From: an uncultured Oscillospiraceae bacterium
GTDB lineage: Bacteria > Bacillota > Clostridia > Oscillospirales > Oscillospiraceae
Direction: 5' to 3'
Length of the DNA stretch: 64,000 nucleotides
Assembly (NCBI GenBank): GCA_947169975.1
Contig: CAMVRT010000008.1
Coordinates: forward strand, 17,823 to 81,822
Shown here: one piece after another, positions 46,268 to 55,202 of the stretch
How positions within the stretch are numbered: position 1 is the first letter of the stretch
Layout of the letters: each line of letters opens with the position of its first letter
Notes under the pieces: generated by a model
The model's database searches: none
What the model was told of the DNA's origin: nothing
What the model saw: the letters and a program-made list of their open reading frames with translations, nothing else
Program-made: the position numbers and the translations under genes

Positions 46268-48223
46268 TCACCGGGCGGTATAGGACAGGGCGTTCTCCTT
46301 GCAGTATTCCTCGGCGTAGGAGCCGGGGGTGACGCGGATCACCAGATCCGGGCTGCACTGGCCGAAGGCCTCCTCGCCGATGAAGCCCACGGAGGCGGGA
46401 ATGACCGCTTCTTTCAGGCTGTGGCAGTCGAAGAAGGCGCGGCGGCCCACATGTACCACGCCGTCGGGCAGCTCCACGCGCTCCAGGGCGGTGCAGTAGT
46501 TGAAGGCGCTGTCCTCGATCATGCGCAGGCTCCCGGGCAGCGTCAGCTCGGTGAGCTTGGGGCAGATGTAGAAGGCGGCGGAGCCGATATTCAGCACGGT
46601 ATCGGGCAGCACCACCCGCTGCAGATCGCGGCAGCGGGAGAAGGCGCTGGGCGACACGCGGTACACCGGCCGTCCGTACACGGTGTCGGGCACGGTGATG
46701 TCGGTGGCCTTGTCGCTGACCAGCTTGGCGTACTCCACCTGATCGCCTACCCGCTTATAGCGGTTGACGATCTCCTGGGTGGCGGTGGGCACGCGCTGAC
46801 TGTTGAGATAGAAGGTGGTGCCGTACACGGCGTCGATGGTCTTGGCCAGAGCGCCCACCAGCTGGCTGCTCTTATAGAGCGTCACGTCCTTTGTGGTGAC
46901 GTTCTCCCGGATCCAGCGGTTGAGCTCTTCCCGGTCGTTGGTGTAGAGGATGTTGGCAAAGCCCCGGCGCTGCAGCTCCTCATAGGTATAGCGCATGCCG
47001 TCGCCGTAGCAGTACAGCAGGTCGAAGCGGCAGTCGGCCACGCTGGCGCCCACCCGGGTGTAGGCCTCCTCCTCGATGCCGGTCATGTGGGCGATGTCGC
47101 CCAGGATGACGATGCGGCGTCCCCCCTCGGGCACGGTGATGGTCTCCAGCGCCTTGATGGAGCCCACCACGGAGTCGGGGGAGGAGTTGAAGCAGTCCAC
47201 CAGCATGTGGTAGCCGCCGATATCCACGTAGTTCTGGCGCATGCCGGAGGAACGGAACTTCTCCAGCGACAGGATGATCTGCTCCTCGTCGATGCCCAGG
47301 TGACTGCCCACGGCGAAGGCGGCCAGAGCGTTGCGCACGTTGTACTCGCCGAAGATCTGGATGGCGGCGGGGCGGCGCTGATCAGAGCCCTTCCGGCAGA
47401 TGTCAAAGCGCAGCCAGCCGTCCTGACTCTTCACGTTTTCGGCCCGGTAGTCGGCCTCGGCGTCGTCCACGGCGTAGTGGCGCACGGTGCGCCCGGTCTT
47501 ATAGTCGTGGAGATAGCGGTTGTCGCTGTCGAAAAAGGCCACGCCGCCGGGGGCCATGTTCTCCACCAGAGACGCCTTATCCTTGAGGATGTTCTCAATG
47601 GAGCCGTACAGGTCAATGTGGGGCTCGGAGATGTTGGTGATGACCACCACGTCGGGCCTGAGGCCCAGGGCGCTGCTCTCCACGTAGCCGGGCTGGGCGG
47701 CGCCCACCTCCTGCAGATAGACCTCGTCGTCATCGTGGAGGCGCTGGATGGTGCGCAGCACGCCGTCGCGGCTGTTGGTCATGCTGTGGTGGCTGTGGAG
47801 CTTGAAGGCGTCGCCCAGGACGCACTTGAGCATATCCACCGTGGTGGTCTTGCCGATGCTGCCGGTGACGGCCACCACCTTGGCCGGGAACAGGGAGCGC
47901 AGCTTTCCGAGATACCGGCTGCAGCAGGCGATGGGATCGTCCACCGCCACCACCCGCTTGTCGTTGGGCCACACCGCTTTGCACTCGGGGTGGACGAACA
48001 CCGCGGCGGCGCCCTTCTTCAGGGCGTTGCGGCAGTGATACTGCTCGGCCTCGTAGTAGGTCACGAACACGGCGGAGCCCTGTTCGCTGTGCTCCGGGTG
48101 GGCGTAGACCTTGTTGATGGGCGTCTTGGCGTCCAGTCCCTCGGGCAGGGGGATCCCCACCACGCTGCACAGCTCGCCCAGGGTCAGGTTTCTGATATAA
48201 TCTTCACCGCTGATTTGCATCAT
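46268..48223 (-). CDS. MurF-like Mur-ligase fused to C-terminal BspA-type LRR domain (paralog of 24283-26301)
   Basis: RBS GGAGGA. Motifs VTGSIGKTTT, TNISEPHIDLYGS, FDSDN, GEYNVRNAL, DCFNSSP and LYKSSQLVG. These are followed by VPDTV..., LPDTVLNIGSAAFYICPKL, LPGSLRMIEDSAFNYCTAL, LPDGVVHVGRRAFFDCHSL and IPASVGFIGEEAFG. Confidence 0.8.
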   Translation of the reverse strand: MMQISGEDYIRNLTLGELCSVVGIPLPEGLDAKTPINKVYAHPEHSEQGSAVFVTYYEAEQYHCRNALKKGAAAVFVHPECKAVWPNDKRVVAVDDPIACCSRYLGKLRSLFPAKVVAVTGSIGKTTTVDMLKCVLGDAFKLHSHHSMTNSRDGVLRTIQRLHDDDEVYLQEVGAAQPGYVESSALGLRPDVVVITNISEPHIDLYGSIENILKDKASLVENMAPGGVAFFDSDNRYLHDYKTGRTVRHYAVDDAEADYRAENVKSQDGWLRFDICRKGSDQRRPAAIQIFGEYNVRNALAAFAVGSHLGIDEEQIILSLEKFRSSGMRQNYVDIGGYHMLVDCFNSSPDSVVGSIKALETITVPEGGRRIVILGDIAHMTGIEEEAYTRVGASVADCRFDLLYCYGDGMRYTYEELQRRGFANILYTNDREELNRWIRENVTTKDVTLYKSSQLVGALAKTIDAVYGTTFYLNSQRVPTATQEIVNRYKRVGDQVEYAKLVSDKATDITVPDTVYGRPVYRVSPSAFSRCRDLQRVVLPDTVLNIGSAAFYICPKLTELTLPGSLRMIEDSAFNYCTALERVELPDGVVHVGRRAFFDCHSLKEAVIPASVGFIGEEAFGQCSPDLVIRVTPGSYAEEYCKENALSYTAR

Positions 48224-48243
48224 GTGTTTTCCTCCGTCCTATG

Positions 48244-49410
48244 TCAGCAGAACTCCGGATAGAAGTTGTTGGACTCGGCCACGGTGTTCTTGGGTGCCGG
48301 ATCCAGCTTTCTGCCCTCCAGATGGAGGATCTTCTCCGGCTGGACCCAGGGGCGGTTCTGGATCTGGCTGGTCTCCTCGTGGGTGAGGTAGCCGTCATAG
48401 GTGACCAGACCGCGGCGCAGGAAGCCGTCACGGGCGCAGGCCTCGGCCACGCCGTTGTTGAGGATGCTGCGGATGTGCTTTTCCACAGAGGCGGCGTAGG
48501 CGATGGAGGTGGTGCGGGCGATGGCGCTGGGGATATTGCTGACGCAGTAGTGGACCACGCCCTCCTCGATATAGATGGGATCGTCCAGGGTGGTCTCGTG
48601 GAAGGTCTCGATGACGCCGTAGTCGTTGCTGATGTCCACGATGACGGAGCCGGGGTGCATGGTCTTGACCATATCCCGGGTGATGAGGAACTTGGTGTTG
48701 CTCTTGTCCCAGCGGACGCAGTTGACCACCATGTCCACCTTGGGCAGGATGTTCTTGATGTTATAAGTGTTGGAGATGATGGTGTTGACCTTGCCGTCGT
48801 ACTTGGAGCTGATGGCGCGGAGGTGTCCGATGTTGGTGGCAGCCACGGTGACCCATGCGCCCATGGACTGCAATACCTCGATGGCGGCCTTGCCCACGAT
48901 GCCGCAGCCCAGGATCAGCACCTTGATGCCGGGGGCGGTGCCCAGGCCGCTGACGAACTTGCCGCAGCCGCCGTTGAAGGTCATCATGGCGTGGAGTCCC
49001 AGCAGCACGCCGGCCTTGCCGGCTGCCTCGCAGTTGGGAGAGCCGTGGCGGTGGGTATCCTCGGCGGCGAAGGAGGTGACCTTCTTGGCCAGCAGGGCGT
49101 CCACCTCCTGGCGGTGAGCGGCGGGATGGACGCAGGTATAGACGATCTGGCCCGGGCGGAGCTTGTCGTACTCGGAGGGCTCGATCTCCTTGACCTTCAC
49201 CACCATGTCGCAGGTGTTGTAGATCTCGTCCTGAGTGGAGATGGCTGCGCCTACCTCCACATAGGCCTCGTCCGGGAAGCCGGCGGACTTGCCGGCGTCA
49301 TGCTCCACCAGCACCTCATGGCCGTCGTCCACAATGCCGGACACCTCGCCCGGGGTGAGGATCACGCGGTATTCGCCCTTCTTGATGTCTTTCAGTACGC
49401 CTAACTTCAT
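48244..49410 (-). CDS. alanine dehydrogenase/PNT-family NAD-dependent dehydrogenase (AlaDH-like)
   Basis: RBS AGGAGG. Has N-terminal G.YRV.LTPG, VVKVKE, VHPAA, ILGCGIVGKAA Rossmann motif, PGSVIVDIS.D and VHYCVSNIP. The protein is diverged from canonical Ald (371 aa), so substrate is uncertain. Confidence 0.78.
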   Translation of the reverse strand: MKLGVLKDIKKGEYRVILTPGEVSGIVDDGHEVLVEHDAGKSAGFPDEAYVEVGAAISTQDEIYNTCDMVVKVKEIEPSEYDKLRPGQIVYTCVHPAAHRQEVDALLAKKVTSFAAEDTHRHGSPNCEAAGKAGVLLGLHAMMTFNGGCGKFVSGLGTAPGIKVLILGCGIVGKAAIEVLQSMGAWVTVAATNIGHLRAISSKYDGKVNTIISNTYNIKNILPKVDMVVNCVRWDKSNTKFLITRDMVKTMHPGSVIVDISNDYGVIETFHETTLDDPIYIEEGVVHYCVSNIPSAIARTTSIAYAASVEKHIRSILNNGVAEACARDGFLRRGLVTYDGYLTHEETSQIQNRPWVQPEKILHLEGRKLDPAPKNTVAESNNFYPEFC

Positions 49411-49430
49411 GGTAAAACCTCCTGTTTTTT

Positions 49431-51596
49431 TCAGCTCTTTTTCCGCTCGATGACGTGGCGGAAAAACTCGTTCATTTCGTCGGTAAAGGTGGCCACCTTG
49501 TGCAGATCCTGATGGATGTTGATTTCGAGAATGGTAAAGCCCTCCTCGGTGATGGCCACGTCAAAGCCCAGATACTCCAGCTCGCAGAGGTAGCGGCAGA
49601 TGTCCAGCACGCCCCGGCGCACCATATCCCAGTGGGGCAGGAAGCCGGCAATGGGGGTGCCGGTGTCGGGGTGGTTGGGACAGGGATAGAAGACGTGATC
49701 CTTGATGGTCTCGGGCTGATAGAGCTCGCCGGTCTCCTTGTCCACCATGACGCAGATGCCGCCGTACCCCACGTTGTCGGTAAAACCGGTGCGGGAGGAG
49801 CCGATGCGCATGTAGGTCTGCATGATCCTGGGGTCATAGCCGTGGGCATTGACCACCATGATGCGGATGGTGTTGACGCTCTTGGCGTAGATCTCCTTGA
49901 GCTGGTGGTGCATCTCCAGATACTCGGTGACCACGTAGAAGGACTTGCGCTGGATGACGGTGTCCATCATCTCCTGCTCGGTAACGGCCTTGCCGTTCAT
50001 GAGGTAGGTGCCGTTGCCGTTTTCGTCGGTCTCATAGGCCAGGCAGTAGAAGCCGTCGCCGTGGGTGCCGGCGGAGGGCTTGAAGGCCAGCATCTTCTCC
50101 CGGCGCAGCAGGGCGAAGAGACCGTCAAAGTCCTCGCTGATGCCCTCGGGGCAGTCCCACATGCGCTTGAACTCCACCTTGCCGTCCCGCTTGAAGACGG
50201 ACAGGTAGTATTTGGGGATGTACTCCCTGAAGGGATCGAGGATATAGCGGAAGGTGGTCTTGTCGTTGACCCACTTCTGATAGTCGTTGTTGATGCGGTT
50301 GAGCCAGTGGTAGTCGTAGTCGGAGAGGAAGTTTTTGTAGTTCTCCTCGGTGAGGCCGTACTGGTAGCTGCGGTAGGACAGGAAGCCCCGCTTCCAGCAC
50401 CAGAGCTTCTTTTTCAGGCTGACGCCCTTGGTGTGGAGGAGATCGCTTTTGACGGACTGGTTCCACAGCTTCTGCATATACGGGCGGATGCCCTTGCGTC
50501 CGTGCTTTTTCGCCCAGCGGATAAACAGACGCTCCCGCATACCGGCCCAGTGCTGGGCAAAGGTGCGCTTGGTGAGCTTCCCGGCCTTGGCCTTCAGGTA
50601 GTCGTTGAGCTCCGGGTGGAAGGGGATGCCGGGCAGCACCGGCTTGGCGGAGAAGTAGAGGAAGGAGAAGGCGCTGTTCATCTGCAGGGCGATGGAGGCG
50701 GAGAAATAGGTCAGCTGCTTGAGCTGTCCGCAGATCTCCAGCATCTGCTTTTTGATGTTCTTCCAGGCGGGCACCGTCATCTCGCCCTGGGGAGCGGTAA
50801 AGGCGCCGGTCTCCAGATCCACGCTCATGATTTTGTGGATGCGCTCCCGGGTCATGGTATCGGTCCAGTAGAAGTTCATCATGGCCGACAGGATGGCAGG
50901 GCCGCCGTCCGTGTCGTTGGCCATCCAGAACTCCAGGGAGTGGTCGCAGCCGAACTCCGGGGTGAAGCGATAGTAGATATCCACATGCTCGGCGATGACG
51001 TAGTTGGCGGTCATGCGGCCGAAGATCCGGACAAAGTCGTTTCTGGTGGCGCTTCTGCCGTTGATGTAGAGCCGTCCGCCGATGCAGGTCATGTTATAGC
51101 GGGGGCTCTCGCTCTCCCAGTGAGCCGGCCGGGCCTCCAGATGTCCCGTCTCCCGCAGGAGGTCCATGACGTCGTCCACGGTGTACTCCCGGTCCTCCCG
51201 GTCCACGCGCAGGAACAGGGGCTTGCCGTCCCGGCGGATGACGCTGAAGAAGACCCGGCGGAAGAAGCGCTTATAGGGCGCCAGAACCCGCTCGGTGGTG
51301 ATGATATCGCTGATCCACTTGGACATGGAGCTGTTATAGGGCGAGAGGTTCATGTAGTCCCGATCGGTGATATAGTCGCAGTCCGGATGGTTCAGGAGAT
51401 CGTAGCGGCTGACGCTGCGGCAGAGGTAGCCCCTCTCGTGCAGCGCCTTGATGGTGGACTCATCGTAGACGCCCTTGTATTTGTGCAGATCGCTGCGGGT
51501 GGCCTTGTACCAGGAATTGCACATGGCGCGGCTGTAACCCCGCAGCATCATGGGCAGAACGGCTTTCTCCTTGCGGAGTCTTCGTTTCAGCTTCAT
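49431..51596 (-). CDS. two-module ATPgrasp_ST-like protein
   Basis: C-terminal half: FLSDYDYHWLNRINNDYQKWVNDK, HPDTGTPI and GFDVAITEEGFTILEINIHQD. The N-terminal half is a degenerate copy. It is a paralog of 44281-46242 (conserved N-terminus (V/M)LRG(F/Y)S). Confidence 0.65.
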   Translation of the reverse strand: MKLKRRLRKEKAVLPMMLRGYSRAMCNSWYKATRSDLHKYKGVYDESTIKALHERGYLCRSVSRYDLLNHPDCDYITDRDYMNLSPYNSSMSKWISDIITTERVLAPYKRFFRRVFFSVIRRDGKPLFLRVDREDREYTVDDVMDLLRETGHLEARPAHWESESPRYNMTCIGGRLYINGRSATRNDFVRIFGRMTANYVIAEHVDIYYRFTPEFGCDHSLEFWMANDTDGGPAILSAMMNFYWTDTMTRERIHKIMSVDLETGAFTAPQGEMTVPAWKNIKKQMLEICGQLKQLTYFSASIALQMNSAFSFLYFSAKPVLPGIPFHPELNDYLKAKAGKLTKRTFAQHWAGMRERLFIRWAKKHGRKGIRPYMQKLWNQSVKSDLLHTKGVSLKKKLWCWKRGFLSYRSYQYGLTEENYKNFLSDYDYHWLNRINNDYQKWVNDKTTFRYILDPFREYIPKYYLSVFKRDGKVEFKRMWDCPEGISEDFDGLFALLRREKMLAFKPSAGTHGDGFYCLAYETDENGNGTYLMNGKAVTEQEMMDTVIQRKSFYVVTEYLEMHHQLKEIYAKSVNTIRIMVVNAHGYDPRIMQTYMRIGSSRTGFTDNVGYGGICVMVDKETGELYQPETIKDHVFYPCPNHPDTGTPIAGFLPHWDMVRRGVLDICRYLCELEYLGFDVAITEEGFTILEINIHQDLHKVATFTDEMNEFFRHVIERKKS

Positions 51597-51648
51597 ACTG
51601 TGCTCCCACTCCCTTACTTTGTGCTGTCTATGTTTGTTTTATTAATTC

Positions 51649-52707
51649 TCATTTTTTGATGACGCCGTAGTGGCGGTAGAAATCGCCCAGCTCGCCGTGG
51701 CGCTGACCGCCCCAGAGCTGGATGATGTTGACGCCGGAGGAGGTGTTGGCCTCGATGATGCAGTTGGTGCCGTCGGGCAGCATCACCACGTCCCAGGCCA
51801 CGAAATGGAGGTACGGGAAATGCCCCACCAGAGCCAGGATCTCCTCCTTGAGGTGCTGCCAGCCGGGGATGGTCACCTCATCGAACCGGGTGCCGGAATC
51901 GGGGTGCGTCTCGTAGGTATTGCTGTTGTGGAGGGATTTGGCGTGACTGAGGCGTCCCGTCTCCAGGTCGATCCGGCACACCAGGCCGCCCTGGCTGGCG
52001 TTGTCCACCGGGATGGTGGCGCTGGTGCCCACGCGCTGCACGGCGAAGAAGACCTTGAACTGCCCGGTGGCGGGCTCCTTCATGGTGATGATGCGGATGG
52101 TGTTCACGGTCTTGTCGTAGAGGGTGTCGGCGTAGGCGTGCTGATGCACGGTCTCGGAGAGGTACCAGTCGTGGTTCTTCTCCAGGATGCGCCGCAGCGC
52201 GTTCTCCTCGGCGGCCCTGTTGTCCAGCAGCCATGTGCCGCCGTTCCATCCCATGCGGTGCACGCCGTTGCCCTTGCCCTTGCCGAAGGGCTTTAAGATG
52301 GCGTCGCCCTTTTCCCGGATCAGGGCCATGGCGCCGTCCACGGTGACGGGCCTGCCGTCCAGATCGGCCAGGAAGCCCTTGCTGTCCACCAGATACAGCT
52401 CCGGCACCCGGATGTACTGGCGCAGCACCTCGGTGGCCACCACCTTGTTGTTGAGCATGTAGTCGAAGGGCTCGTTGATGTAGCGGGAGCGGTACCAGTC
52501 GAACTCGGACAGGTACTCCCGTTTCTTCTTCATGTTCAGATCGTACAGGGCCCACTGGTCGGCCAGAAAGCCGCCGCAGATGTTGGCCTTGATCTTGTTG
52601 TAAAACGGAACCTTAAAGTGATCCTTGGCAAACACGATGCGCCGCCAGTACAGCACGAACAGCTTGAGCTTCTGTTCTGCGCGGCGGTACAGCTCAAATG
52701 CGTCCAC
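51649..52707 (-). CDS. single-module ATPgrasp_ST-like protein
   Basis: GTG start 52707 after GGGGAGAG. Motifs YLSEFDWYRSRYINEPFDYMLNNK, HPDSGTRF and VAWDVVMLPDGTNCIIEANTSSG. Confidence 0.65.
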   Translation of the reverse strand: MDAFELYRRAEQKLKLFVLYWRRIVFAKDHFKVPFYNKIKANICGGFLADQWALYDLNMKKKREYLSEFDWYRSRYINEPFDYMLNNKVVATEVLRQYIRVPELYLVDSKGFLADLDGRPVTVDGAMALIREKGDAILKPFGKGKGNGVHRMGWNGGTWLLDNRAAEENALRRILEKNHDWYLSETVHQHAYADTLYDKTVNTIRIITMKEPATGQFKVFFAVQRVGTSATIPVDNASQGGLVCRIDLETGRLSHAKSLHNSNTYETHPDSGTRFDEVTIPGWQHLKEEILALVGHFPYLHFVAWDVVMLPDGTNCIIEANTSSGVNIIQLWGGQRHGELGDFYRHYGVIKK

Positions 52708-53308
52708 AGGTCTCTCCCCTTTTCTCCAGAAATTCCTCGTATTCCTGCCAGGTGTTGAACCCGCAGGTGCCGTCGTGCAGCTGGGTAAAGGCCGGCCCGA
52801 TGCACGGATTGCCCATGGGCAACCCGGCGTAGGACTGGTAGACCTGCCAGCCCCGGCAGTCGGTGATCCGGCCGTCCAGGAAGGCGTCCTTTGCCCGGTC
52901 CACGTGGTTTTTCAGCAGTCGGCCGTCGTGGGCGATCACCGCCACGATGGAGCGCTCGTTGCCCACGAACCACAGCCCGTCGGTCTTTTTCCCGGCGATA
53001 TATGCCACGGCCTCGTCGGTGTAGCAGGTGTCACCGTAGAGGAAGCACACGTCGTCGGAGATCAGCTCCCGGGTGAACCGGTCGATCTCCAGGTGGTTCT
53101 CCAGCGGCTCGTGGCGCACCGCGCCGACGACCTCGTAGGCGGGATTGTGGGAGGTGATGAACACCTCCGCCTCGCCGTCGGCGGTGCGGATCTGGCGCAC
53201 CAGCCGCTCCAGCAGCGTTTCGCCGTCCACGGTGAGCAGGTGCTTGGGGATATGGCTCTGGGCGTGCCAGCGCTTCATGTCGCCGTCGGCCATGATGACG
53301 TATCTCAT
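52694..53308 (-). CDS. putative nucleotidyltransferase (IspD/TarI/LicC-like fold, atypical G-loop)
   Basis: MRYVIMADGDMKRW....IPKHLLTVDGETLLERL resembles sugar/polyol-phosphate cytidylyltransferases, but the GxGxR loop is replaced. It shows 4-nt and 14-nt overlaps with its neighbours. Confidence 0.5.
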   Translation of the reverse strand: MRYVIMADGDMKRWHAQSHIPKHLLTVDGETLLERLVRQIRTADGEAEVFITSHNPAYEVVGAVRHEPLENHLEIDRFTRELISDDVCFLYGDTCYTDEAVAYIAGKKTDGLWFVGNERSIVAVIAHDGRLLKNHVDRAKDAFLDGRITDCRGWQVYQSYAGLPMGNPCIGPAFTQLHDGTCGFNTWQEYEEFLEKRGETCGRI

Positions 53309-54450
53309 ACGGTTTCCAGTTCCTTTTCATTCACGTCCGCCCCGGTGATAAGGGCGGCGATGTTGCGGGTGGAGCTGCCCAGCTCCTCCGGCAGATAGCC
53401 CTGCCGGAAGCTTTGGAGCTCCTCCTCGGGATAGGCGCCGCTGTCGATGGCGGCGAACAGGTCTGCCGCCTTCTCAAAAGAGCAGCGGGGCATCATCTCC
53501 GCCGGATCCACGTTGAGTCCGTTGTCCCGGAGATATCGGTCGTGGTCAAATAAGTAGTAGTAGATGCGTTTATTCAGCACCGCCGCCTCCAGCGACAGGG
53601 ACGAGTAGTCGGTGATGACGATGTCGCAGCAGGACATCCACTCGAAGGTGTCGCCGTCTTCGTACCGCTTCACGGCCTCGGGCAGAGGCGCGGCAAACTT
53701 CTGGTTGGGGTGGAAGCGGCACACCAGGGCGTATTTGTCGCCGTCGAAGAGGGGCAGCAGCTCGTCCTGGGGGTTGATGTCGTAGGTGCGGTAGGTGGGG
53801 GCGTACAGCACCAGGGTCTTGCCCTTGAGCTCCGGGTGCTTCTCCTCCATGGCGCTGCGCAGATCCTCCTGCTGCAGCAGCCAGTCCAGCCGGGGCAGAC
53901 CGTAGTGGCGCAGATGCTCCGGCGTGGTGTCGAAGGAGGCCAGATAATAGGGCGTCCAGGCGGTGCCGCCGGAGATGATGTAGGTATAATTGCGGTGCAT
54001 TTTCAGCGCCCGGGCCAGCTTTCCGTTCCGGCCGGAGGGCGTGTCCAGGGTCTGGTAGCCGGATTTCTTGATCTTGCCCACGGAGTGCCAGATCTGCACC
54101 ACGGTCAGCTCCTTGCGGTGATGCAGCAGGGACACCACGGGCCAGTAGCCATCAATGATGCAGGAGCGTGACGTGGCCAGCAGGCTCATGCTGCGCAGCT
54201 GATCCAGAGCGAAAGAGATGAACTTGTCCCGCCCGGTGCGGAACTGATGGCACATGGTCACCTGCTCCATGTCCGGCGCGGTGCGCCCCAGCTCGGCCAT
54301 CAGCATCCGGAAGTCGATGGAGGGCTCGTCGCCCTGTCGGCTGAAGAAGCACACCCGGTTTTTCACGGGCGAGAGCTTCATCAGCGCGTAAAGCCCCTGC
54401 AGCAGCCAGGTTCCCACGCGGATGATCGCGCAGAGGATAGCGGTTTTCAT
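53305..54450 (-). CDS. CDP-glycerol/ribitol-type polyol-phosphate transferase (TagB/TagF family)
   Basis: Start ATG 54450. QIWHSVGKIKKSGY, LYAPTYR and DIVITDYSSLSLEAA match the TagB/F catalytic domain. Confidence 0.85.
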   Translation of the reverse strand: MKTAILCAIIRVGTWLLQGLYALMKLSPVKNRVCFFSRQGDEPSIDFRMLMAELGRTAPDMEQVTMCHQFRTGRDKFISFALDQLRSMSLLATSRSCIIDGYWPVVSLLHHRKELTVVQIWHSVGKIKKSGYQTLDTPSGRNGKLARALKMHRNYTYIISGGTAWTPYYLASFDTTPEHLRHYGLPRLDWLLQQEDLRSAMEEKHPELKGKTLVLYAPTYRTYDINPQDELLPLFDGDKYALVCRFHPNQKFAAPLPEAVKRYEDGDTFEWMSCCDIVITDYSSLSLEAAVLNKRIYYYLFDHDRYLRDNGLNVDPAEMMPRCSFEKAADLFAAIDSGAYPEEELQSFRQGYLPEELGSSTRNIAALITGADVNEKELETV

Positions 54451-54454
54451 GGTC

Positions 54455-55192
54455 TCATTCCTTGTCCAGCATTTTCTCGTAGAAGGCGGCGGCCTCATTC
54501 ACCGGGCCGTCGAACTGTATCCGTCCCTGTGACAGCACCACGCCCCGCTTGCACAGGCGCTTGGCCTCCGGCAGGGAGTGGGTGACGAAGAGGAAGGTGG
54601 CGCCGGTTTTCAGCACGTCGTCCACCTTGGCCCGGCACTTGCGGCGGAAGGTGGCGTCGCCCACGCTGAGCGCCTCGTCCACGATGAGGATCTCCGGCCG
54701 GATGGAGGCGTTGATGGCAAAACCCAGCCTCGCCTTCATGCCGCTGGAATAGGTGCGCACGGGCTGATCGATGTACTGATCCAGCTCGGCGAAGGCGATG
54801 ATCTCCCCCTCCAGCTGGCGGATCTCCTCCTTGCCCACGCCCAGGATCTCGCCCAGCAGGTAGATGTTTTCCCGTCCGGTGAGGCCGGGGTCGAAGCCGG
54901 CGGTCAGCTCCAGCAGGGCGCTGACGCGGCCGTTGACGCGGATGTAGCCGTCGGTGGGATAGGTGACGCCGGTGATCATCTTCAAAAGGGTGGATTTACC
55001 GGCGCCATTGCGGCCGAAGAGGGCCACGGCCTCGCCCCGGTAGATGGTCAGGGAGATGTTCTCGATGGCCCGCTTCTCCCCCACGCCGGCGCCCTGGAGC
55101 AGCATGCCCTTGAGCCGGGCCTTGTCGTTGGGAAAGAGGCGGAAGGTCTTTCTCACGTTTTTCAGTTGAATGGCAATGACTTTCTCGCTCAT
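54455..55192 (-). CDS. tagH: polymer-export ABC transporter ATP-binding protein (TagH-like)
   Basis: GRNGAGKST, YSSGMKARLGFA and ILIVDEALSVGD. The typical short TagH/KpsT N-terminal pattern is present. Confidence 0.9.
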   Translation of the reverse strand: MSEKVIAIQLKNVRKTFRLFPNDKARLKGMLLQGAGVGEKRAIENISLTIYRGEAVALFGRNGAGKSTLLKMITGVTYPTDGYIRVNGRVSALLELTAGFDPGLTGRENIYLLGEILGVGKEEIRQLEGEIIAFAELDQYIDQPVRTYSSGMKARLGFAINASIRPEILIVDEALSVGDATFRRKCRAKVDDVLKTGATFLFVTHSLPEAKRLCKRGVVLSQGRIQFDGPVNEAAAFYEKMLDKE

Positions 55193-55202
55193 GTGTTGCT
55201 CC

